Assembly: GCA_963725865.1 (NCBI GenBank)
Contig: CAVSAC010000014.1
Span: 512,001-576,000, forward strand
DNA length: 64,000 nt
Direction of reading: 5' to 3'
Origin: Candidatus Eiseniibacteriota bacterium
Lineage (GTDB): Bacteria; Eisenbacteria; RBG-16-71-46
Under the pieces are notes generated by a model. The model was not told where the DNA came from, did not search any database, and saw only the letters and a program-made list of their open reading frames with translations. This document shows, piece after piece, positions 57,519-64,000 of this stretch. The position numbers and the translations under genes were made by a program. Position 1 is the stretch's first letter, and each line of letters starts with the position of its first letter.

Positions 57519-58997
57519 CTACTTCTTCACGCCGCTCGTGTCTGCCGGCGCGCCCTCGTCCTTCAGCAGGAAGCGCCGCTTCTCGCGTTCGATCTTGAGC
57601 GCCTCGGTATTGAGCACCTTGAACTCGACACGACGGTTCCGGGCCCGGCCCAACTCGTTCGTGTTCGGCGCCACCGGGACGTTCGGCCCGTATCCCTTGG
57701 CGGTGAACTGCGACGGGCTGATGAGCGGGAACGAATTGCGGATGTACGTCAGCACCGAGTCCGCCCGCATCTGCGACAGGCGCTCGTTCAGCGTCTTGTT
57801 GCCGCGGCTGTCGGTGTGCCCGCCGATCTCGATCTGGAGCGTCGGGTACTGCTGCAGAATGCGCCCCACCTCGTCGAGCACCGGATACGACTCCGGCTTC
57901 AGCGACGCCTTGCCGGTGTCGAAGTTGATGTTCTGGAGCCGGATCACGCCGGTGTCGAGCAGCTCGGTCTCCTTCTCGTTGATCTCGATCGGACAGCCGT
58001 TGGCGTCGACCTTGAGGCCCGCCGGAGTGTTGTCGCACTGGTCGACCCCGTCGCACACGCCGTCGCCGTCGCTGTCGATCGGACAGCCCTTCTCGTCCAC
58101 CTTGCAGCCCTTGGGGCTGTCGGGGCACTGGTCGAGGCCGTCGAACACGCCGTCGCCGTCGGCGTCGGTCGGGCAGCCGGTGGCGTCCACCTTGGCGCCC
58201 TTGGGCGTGTCGGCGCACTTGTCGATGCCGTCGCAGACCCCGTCGCTGTCGGCATCCACCGAGCAGCCCAGCTTGTCGACCACGCAACCGCGCGGCGTGT
58301 CCGGACACTTGTCGATGCCGTCGAACACCTTGTCGCCGTCGGTGTCGAGCGGACATCCGGCGGCGTCCACCTTGGCACCGAACGGCGTCTCGGGGCACTT
58401 GTCGAGCCAGTCGCGCACCTTGTCGAGGTCGGAGTCGCGCGCCTTGCCGAACAAGTTCCACTGCAGCCCGGCGGTGGCCATCCAGTGGTTGCTGAACTCC
58501 TTCTGCTGGCGCTCGCGGAACATCACGTCGCGCACCTGGAGCCGGACGTAGGCGCGCTGATTGAAGGTGTTCAGCAGCACCCCCATCCCGAGCGTGGGCG
58601 CCCCGTGCTCGAGGACCGCCGGCTGAGCGTTCCCCTGGTGGCTGCGACCGTAGCTGAGACCGGTCATCAAGTAGGGGACGATGCGCTGATCGGCCGGGCG
58701 CAGGTTCCAGCGCAGATCGAGTCCGGCGAGCGAGAGGTTGTGTACCGAGCCACCGACCGTGTCGTCCTCGGAGGGCCCGAACGAGGCGTGTCCTTCGATC
58801 GTCAGCCAGGAATGCAGCCGCCAGCCGATCGCACCGTAGGAGGCGATGTCGTCCTTCATGCGCGCGCGTCCATCAGGGCTGAACGCGCCGGCGCCGCCGG
58901 AGAGCTCGATCGGGCGCCCGATGATCTGCGCCCGGGCCGGAACGGCCAGCAATGCGGCGAGGGCGAGGAGCGGGAACGCACGCTTCAGAACGGCCAT
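57519..58997 (-). CDS. OmpA family protein (beta-barrel + thrombospondin type 3 repeats + OmpA C-terminal domain)
   Basis: AGGAGG RBS; signal peptide; about 5 D.DGDGV.DG.D.CP.TP.G..VD..GC repeats; IGGHTDSRG...LSQMRA...RARNRRVEF. Confidence 0.93.
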   Translation of the reverse strand: MAVLKRAFPLLALAALLAVPARAQIIGRPIELSGGAGAFSPDGRARMKDDIASYGAIGWRLHSWLTIEGHASFGPSEDDTVGGSVHNLSLAGLDLRWNLRPADQRIVPYLMTGLSYGRSHQGNAQPAVLEHGAPTLGMGVLLNTFNQRAYVRLQVRDVMFRERQQKEFSNHWMATAGLQWNLFGKARDSDLDKVRDWLDKCPETPFGAKVDAAGCPLDTDGDKVFDGIDKCPDTPRGCVVDKLGCSVDADSDGVCDGIDKCADTPKGAKVDATGCPTDADGDGVFDGLDQCPDSPKGCKVDEKGCPIDSDGDGVCDGVDQCDNTPAGLKVDANGCPIEINEKETELLDTGVIRLQNINFDTGKASLKPESYPVLDEVGRILQQYPTLQIEIGGHTDSRGNKTLNERLSQMRADSVLTYIRNSFPLISPSQFTAKGYGPNVPVAPNTNELGRARNRRVEFKVLNTEALKIEREKRRFLLKDEGAPADTSGVKK

Positions 58998-59131
58998 GCG
59001 GAGTGGACCTCCTTCAGGTCTCCACGGAAGTGCGACGGAGCGTGGCGGACGGCGGGTCCCGGACAGCGCGGCCGTGGGAATACCCGGGCGCGCCGGCGGG
59101 CCCGGGAGTCGCCAGGCAGAATGACGGCTAA

Positions 59132-59160
59132 GTGGTAGCATCCGGGCCAGCGCAGGTCAA
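59132..59160 (-). promoter_or_regulatory. Putative sigma70 promoter of ompA
   Basis: TTGACC-N17-TACCAC with an extended -10 TG. Confidence 0.45.
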
Positions 59161-59286
59161 TCGGCCCCCGCGGACCATCGTCGCCCGGGGGATCCAGTCC
59201 CGGCGCCCGCGCGACGCTCGCGGGACAGCCCCCGGCCGGCGCACGTCGCCAGCCACTCCGACCCCACCCGAGAGGATGCCGTTCCG

Positions 59287-59763
59287 ATGATGACCCAGTC
59301 GCAGCGCGAGAAGCTCGTCCAGCAGTACGCCGCGGGCTACGACGAGGTGGTCAAGGCGCTCAAGGGGTTCCCACCCGAGGCCCTGGTGCAGCACCCGTTC
59401 GCCGGCAAGTGGAGCGCGCGGGAGATCGTGCACCACCTCGGCGACAGCGAGTCCATCAGCGTCGGCCGGCTGCGCATGCTGCTCACGCAGGAGTACCCGG
59501 TCATCCACGGCTACGACCAGGAGATGTACGCCGTGCTGCTGCGCTACAACACGCGCGATCACGCGCCGGCGCTGGAGGCGTTCCGCGCGGCGCGCGCGGT
59601 GGGGGTGCAGTTGATCGCGCTGATGGCCGAGGAGGACTGGAAGCGCGCGGGCTGGCATTCCGAGAGCGGGCTCTACCGGGCCTCCACCTGGCTCGAGATC
59701 TACGCCGCGCACGCGCACAACCACGCGCAACAGATCGTGCGGCTGCGCGACCACCTCAAGTAG
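59287..59763 (+). CDS. DinB/YfiT family protein
   Basis: GKWSAREIVHHLGDSE, GYDQ, H...H (HAHNH) metal site. Confidence 0.88.
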   Translation: MMTQSQREKLVQQYAAGYDEVVKALKGFPPEALVQHPFAGKWSAREIVHHLGDSESISVGRLRMLLTQEYPVIHGYDQEMYAVLLRYNTRDHAPALEAFRAARAVGVQLIALMAEEDWKRAGWHSESGLYRASTWLEIYAAHAHNHAQQIVRLRDHLK

Positions 59764-59776
59764 TCACGCCCCGTCC

Positions 59777-60625
59777 GTGATCTGGCGCTGCCGCGACCGC
59801 GAGTTCGACCTCGTCGCGCGTGCGCTCGTGATGGGAGTCGTGAACGTCACGCCCGACTCGTTCTCCGACGGCGGTCGGTTCCTCGACCCGGAGGCCGCGA
59901 TCGCTCACGCGCGCGCACTGCTCGCGGAGGGCGCCGACCTGCTCGACCTCGGCGCCGAATCCACACGCCCGGGCGCCGCGCCGGTGCCCGCTGCCGCGCA
60001 GCTCGCCCGGCTGACAACGGTGGTCGAGACGCTGGTGCGCGAGAGCGACGCCACGCTCTCGATCGACACCTCCGATCCGACCGTGGCGGCGCACCTGCTC
60101 GACCTCGGGGCGCGCGTCGTGAACGACGTCTCCGCGCTCGGGGATCCCCGCATGGCCGCCGTGGTGGCCGCGCGCGGCGCCGGCCTGGTGCTCATGCACA
60201 TGCGGGGCACCCCGACCACCATGCAGGCCGCCCCGCGTTACGACGACGTCGCGCGCGAGGTGCGCGACTTCCTGGCGGCGCGCCAGGCAATGGCCGTCGC
60301 GGCGGGGATCCCCGCCGAGCGGATCGCGCTCGATCCCGGGATCGGCTTCGGCAAGACGCTGCGCCACAACCTGGAGCTGCTCGCACGCCTGCCGGAGCTG
60401 GCCGCGCTCGGGCGGCCGGTGCTGGTCGGGGTCTCACGCAAGAGCTTCCTCGGCAGCCTGCTCGACGATGCGCCGGTCGACCAGCGGCTCGCCGGCGGAC
60501 TCGCCGCCGCCGCGATCGCCGTGCAGCTTGGCGCGCGCATCATCCGCACCCACGACGTGCGCGAGACGGTGCGCGCGGTGCGGGTGGCCACCGCGATTGC
60601 GGACGCACGGCGCCGCGTGGTCTAG
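59777..60625 (+). CDS. folP: Dihydropteroate synthase
   Basis: MGVVNVTPDSFSDGG, GAESTRPG, SIDT, VNDVS, LMHMRG, DPGIGFGK, SRKSF, RTHDV. Confidence 0.96.
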   Translation: MIWRCRDREFDLVARALVMGVVNVTPDSFSDGGRFLDPEAAIAHARALLAEGADLLDLGAESTRPGAAPVPAAAQLARLTTVVETLVRESDATLSIDTSDPTVAAHLLDLGARVVNDVSALGDPRMAAVVAARGAGLVLMHMRGTPTTMQAAPRYDDVAREVRDFLAARQAMAVAAGIPAERIALDPGIGFGKTLRHNLELLARLPELAALGRPVLVGVSRKSFLGSLLDDAPVDQRLAGGLAAAAIAVQLGARIIRTHDVRETVRAVRVATAIADARRRVV

Positions 60626-60657
60626 CGCGCGGGCGTTCTGCTAGAGTCGCCGTCACC

Positions 60658-61482
60658 ATGATGACGCCGGTCCACCAGATCTGGGTCCTCGACCTGCTCG
60701 ACATCTTCCTGGTCGCGGCGGTCTTCTACCGCCTGCTGATCCTGGTGAAGGGCACGCGTTCGGCGCAGATGTACGTGGGGCTGCTGCTCATCGTGGTGAT
60801 CGGGGTGGTCGCGCGCGAGCTGGACCTGATCGCGATCAAGTGGATCACCGACAGCCTCAAGACCGTCTGGCTGATCGCGTTCGTCATCCTGTTCCAGCCC
60901 GAGCTGCGCCACGCGCTCGCGCAGTTCGGACGCACACGCTACTTCCGCTCGTTCCTGCGAACGGGCGCCTACGGCGTGCTGGGCGAGGTGGTGCGAGGCG
61001 TCGAGGCGCTGGCCGAGCGCCGCCACGGCGCGCTGATCGTGATCGAGCGCAACGTTGGCCTGCGCAACTTCGTCGAGACCGGCACGCGCATCGACGCGAA
61101 GGTCTCCGCGGAGCTGCTGGTCACGCTGTTCAGCCCCGGCTCGCCGCTGCACGATGGCGCCCTCATCCTGCGCGAGGAGACCGTGGTCGCGGCGGGCTGC
61201 ATCCTGCCGCTCTCGGCGAACCCCAAGCTCGCGGGCACGCTCGGCACCCGCCATCGCGCCGCGCTCGGGCTGTCCGAAGAGGCCGACTCCGCGATCATCG
61301 TGGTGAGCGAGCAGTCCGGCGGCATCTCGGTGGCGTATCGCGGCACCTTGAAGCAGCGCCTCGACGAGGGCGCCCTGCGCTCGGAGCTCTCGCGCATCTT
61401 CCGCCTCCGTCCCGAGGAAGAGACCACGCCGGCCCCGGCGAGCGATTCCGGCGGCTCGGCCCACGAGCGGGCCGCGGGCTGA
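60658..61482 (+). CDS. cdaA: Membrane-bound diadenylate cyclase
   Basis: 3 TM helices, ILFQPELR, GALIVIER, SPLHDGA (DGA) and GTRHRAA (RHR) motifs. Confidence 0.95.
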   Translation: MMTPVHQIWVLDLLDIFLVAAVFYRLLILVKGTRSAQMYVGLLLIVVIGVVARELDLIAIKWITDSLKTVWLIAFVILFQPELRHALAQFGRTRYFRSFLRTGAYGVLGEVVRGVEALAERRHGALIVIERNVGLRNFVETGTRIDAKVSAELLVTLFSPGSPLHDGALILREETVVAAGCILPLSANPKLAGTLGTRHRAALGLSEEADSAIIVVSEQSGGISVAYRGTLKQRLDEGALRSELSRIFRLRPEEETTPAPASDSGGSAHERAAG

Positions 61483-61510
61483 GCCCGGTGCCCGCGGGCA
61501 GGGCGACGGC

Positions 61511-62998
61511 ATGACGTCGCGTTCGCTCCCCCCCGAGCCCGAGATCGACGACCGCGTCAGTGGCAACCACCTCTGGCTCATCCACAAGTGCGAGCGACGC
61601 CTGTGGCTCGATCGCCACGCGGGCCTCGAGGCCTCGCTCCCGGGAGAATTCGAGGAGCTGCTGAAGCTCCGCGGCAAGGAGCACGAGGCGGACGTGCGCT
61701 CGCGCATGTCGCCGTGCGAAGGGCCGCTGCACTGGCGCGGGCGGCCGATCGAGGAGTCCATCGCCGACACGCTCCGGCTGCTGCGCGAATCGCGCGCCAC
61801 GCTCTACCAGCCGGCGCTGGTCTCGGCCGAGCGGGACGCGGTCGGCGTCCCGGACTTCCTCTACTGGGACGACGCCACGCCGGTGATCCACGATGCCAAG
61901 CTGGCGACCGATCTCAAGAGCCACGACGAGATCCCTCTGCAGCTGACCCACTACGCGGCGCTGCTCGCGGACATGGGTCTTCCGGGAGCTCGCCTGGAGA
62001 TCACCGACGGCCGCCGGGAGCGGGTGGTGATCGAGCCGGTCCCACGCGCCCACTACCTCGAGCGCCGGGCCCGCGCGGCGGAACTCCTGCGCGGGGGGTC
62101 CGAGCCCGACGTGCTGCTCGCTCACTCGACCTGCATCGCGTGTCCGTTCTACGACCACTGCTGGGACCGCGCGGAGGCCGAGCACCGCGTGGAGGTGCTG
62201 GCGGACGTCTGGGTCAGCACGGTCCCGGTGCTCCACGAGCGCGGCGTGCGCACGATCGAACAGCTCGCCGCCCTCGAGCCCGGCACTGTGCAGGCGAAGG
62301 GGCTGGGCAAGCGCGCCGTCACCATGGTGCACGAGGCGCGAGCCCATCGCGATCGGCGCCCCGTCTGGCTGGAGCGCCCGCAGCTGCCCGCGGGCCGACC
62401 GCTGGTCTGGTTCGATCTCGAGGGGGTGACCGACCTCGAGGAGTGTCCGGATCCGATCTACCTGTGGGGCCTCGCGGTGGAAGGCGAAGCGGGCGAACTG
62501 GTGGCGGAGGCCATCTTCGCCGAGCCCGGAGCGGAGGGGCAGCGCGCGGCCTGGGAGCGATTCGTCGAACGGGCGACCGGGATCCTCGATCGCTGGCCGG
62601 ACTCGCGCTGGATCCACTACGCGAGCTACGAGCACACCTGGGTCAAGAAGTACGCGGAGCGGTTCGGCGCGCCGGCGGGGTTCCTTCAGCGGATGGAACG
62701 CGCGCTGTGGGACCTCTACCAGCGCGGCATCGTGCCCTGGGTTCGCCTGCCTCTACGCTCGTACTCCATCAAGCACGTGGCTCCTCACGCGGGATTCGAA
62801 TGGAGCGATCACGAATCCGGCTCGCTCTGGTCGGTCGTGCAGTACCAGAAGGCGATGGCCACCCGCGACCCGGCGGAGCGCCGGGGTCTGCTGGACTCCA
62901 TCGCCCGCTACAACGCCGACGACCTGCGCGCGATGCGCGCGGTGTGGCGCTGGATCGAGCGCGAGGCGCCGCGCCAGGAGCGGTCGCGGCCCGCTTGA
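61511..62998 (+). CDS. TM0106-family RecB/Cas4-like nuclease with C-terminal RNase H-like domain
   Basis: CERRLWL, GVPDFL...DAKL, QLTHY, CIACPFYDHC, GVRTIEQLA, WFDLEG, IYLWG, HYASYE, SYSIK.VA, YNADD. Confidence 0.85.
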   Translation: MTSRSLPPEPEIDDRVSGNHLWLIHKCERRLWLDRHAGLEASLPGEFEELLKLRGKEHEADVRSRMSPCEGPLHWRGRPIEESIADTLRLLRESRATLYQPALVSAERDAVGVPDFLYWDDATPVIHDAKLATDLKSHDEIPLQLTHYAALLADMGLPGARLEITDGRRERVVIEPVPRAHYLERRARAAELLRGGSEPDVLLAHSTCIACPFYDHCWDRAEAEHRVEVLADVWVSTVPVLHERGVRTIEQLAALEPGTVQAKGLGKRAVTMVHEARAHRDRRPVWLERPQLPAGRPLVWFDLEGVTDLEECPDPIYLWGLAVEGEAGELVAEAIFAEPGAEGQRAAWERFVERATGILDRWPDSRWIHYASYEHTWVKKYAERFGAPAGFLQRMERALWDLYQRGIVPWVRLPLRSYSIKHVAPHAGFEWSDHESGSLWSVVQYQKAMATRDPAERRGLLDSIARYNADDLRAMRAVWRWIEREAPRQERSRPA

Positions 62999-63024
62999 CT
63001 TGGACCCGCCACCGCCCCGAGAAT
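62995..63024 (+). promoter_or_regulatory. Possible sigma70 promoter for tRNA-tilS
   Basis: TTGACT-N18-GAGAAT followed by a GC-rich discriminator. Confidence 0.35.
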
Positions 63025-63060
63025 CGCGGCCCGCTGACCCGCGGGGACGCCCTTTTTCGT

Positions 63061-63136
63061 GGCGGTGTAGCTCAGCTGGTAGAGCAGGGGAATCATAATC
63101 CCTGTGTCGGGGGTTCGAATCCCTCCGCCGCCACCA
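63061..63136 (+). tRNA. tRNA with CAT anticodon, most likely elongator tRNA-Met
   Basis: 76-nt cloverleaf GGCGGTG...TAGCTCAG...ATCATAA...GTTCGAATC...CGCCGCC-ACCA with encoded CCA. G1-C72 is paired, so not initiator. Confidence 0.95.
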
Positions 63137-63153
63137 TCTCTCACCCATCCTGC

Positions 63154-64000
63154 ATGCGCCTGCGTCGCGTCGAGCCGGTCGTGCGTCGCGCCCTGCGAGG
63201 GCCGTGCGCCCTGCCGCCCGGCGCGCGACTGCTGGTGGCCGTGAGCGGCGGCGCCGACTCGACCGCGCTCCTGATCGGCCTGCGCGCGGTCGCCCCCGCG
63301 TTCCGCCTCGAGCTCCACGCCGCGCATCTCGATCACGGATTGCGCGGCGCCGACTCGGCGGCGGACGCCGCGGCGTGTCACGCGCTCTGCGAACGGCTCG
63401 GCGTGCCGCTGACCACCGCGCGCATCGACGCGCGCGCGCGGATGCGCCGGCGCGGCCTCGCCGGCGAGAATGGCCTGCGCACCCTGCGGCGCGAGTTCCT
63501 GCTCGCCACCGCGCGGCGCGTGGCGGCGGCGGCGATCGCGACCGGACACACCGCCGACGATCAGCTCGAGACGCTGCTGTTGCGGCTGATGCGCGGCAGC
63601 GGGCTCACCGGACTGGGCGGCATCCGCCCGCGCCGCGGGCGGTTCGTGCGCCCGCTGCTCTCCGCTACCCGCTCGATGATCGAGGCCGACCTGCGCGGCT
63701 CGGGCCAGCGCTGGTGCACCGACGCCACCAACCGCTCCCGCGCCTACGCGCGCAACCGGGTGCGCCACCAGGTCGTGCCTGCGCTGCTGGCGGCGCTGGG
63801 GCCGGCCGGCGCCGGCGCCCGGGCGCACGAGCGGCTGGCGCTGCGGGCCGCCGCGGTCGCCGCGGAGGCCGCCGACGCGGCCGCCATCCTGCACGCCAGG
63901 GCCTCCGCCATCCTATTGCGGCGCTCGCGCATCCAAGCCGGGGAGGGCACGCTTGCGTCCCGTGGGTGGGCTGCCTACCCTGCCGTGATCCGTCGCATGG
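63154..64000 (+). CDS. tilS: tRNA(Ile)-lysidine synthetase, 3'-partial (absent from the ORF track)
   Basis: Translated by hand from ATG 63154: LLVAVSGGADSTALL, HLDHGLRG, TGHTADDQLETLLLRLMRGSG, RPLL, DATN, RNRVRH. Confidence 0.95.
   Translation, partial: MRLRRVEPVVRRALRGPCALPPGARLLVAVSGGADSTALLIGLRAVAPAFRLELHAAHLDHGLRGADSAADAAACHALCERLGVPLTTARIDARARMRRRGLAGENGLRTLRREFLLATARRVAAAAIATGHTADDQLETLLLRLMRGSGLTGLGGIRPRRGRFVRPLLSATRSMIEADLRGSGQRWCTDATNRSRAYARNRVRHQVVPALLAALGPAGAGARAHERLALRAAAVAAEAADAAAILHARASAILLRRSRIQAGEGTLASRGWAAYPAVIRRM

Noticed and set aside
57990..58440. About 90-bp periodic repeats
   Set aside because: Coding thrombospondin type 3 repeats of OmpA.
61511..63136. Integrative element at the tRNA
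   Set aside because: No integrase, no duplicated tRNA 3' end seen, and the nuclease lies 5' of the tRNA.
63061..63136. Initiator tRNA-fMet
   Set aside because: Position 1-72 is paired (G-C) and the anticodon stem does not end in the three consecutive G-C pairs next to the loop.

Overview
Very GC-rich (roughly 70-75% by eye) bacterial chromosomal segment with about 47 protein-coding genes and one tRNA. There is no rRNA, CRISPR array, integrase or transposase. Several features suggest a diderm FCB-superphylum candidate lineage, for example Ca. Eisenbacteria (inference): exported proteins with FlgD-Ig/T9SS-like C-terminal domains, a C-terminal TWGxxKxxYR motif, TSP3-OmpA, DUF4159/DUF4175 and D-S/T-rich exported proteins. 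Housekeeping content includes korAB with FNR and ferredoxin, guaB, secDF, folP, cdaA, tRNA(CAU) and tilS (partial, missed by the ORF track). Most notable observations: (1) a translationally coupled three-gene chemosensory-like operon whose MCP tip, CheA Hpt/ATPase and HD-GYP domains all lack their catalytic or interaction consensus while the ORFs stay intact, plus a separate orphan Hpt gene behind a sigma28-like promoter; (2) a 149-bp structured intergenic element with a 23-bp perfect inverted repeat and two GGA-loop hairpins; (3) two different C-terminal sorting-like signals on exported proteins; (4) a secDF operon extended by five uncharacterised envelope genes; (5) a trehalose cluster with two synthesis routes; (6) a CbcL-like multiheme c/b cytochrome; (7) a sigma54-driven conserved hypothetical gene. 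Two genes carry apparent +1 frameshifts at GGG runs, probably sequencing errors. All functional calls come from motif recognition by eye; no database searches were run.
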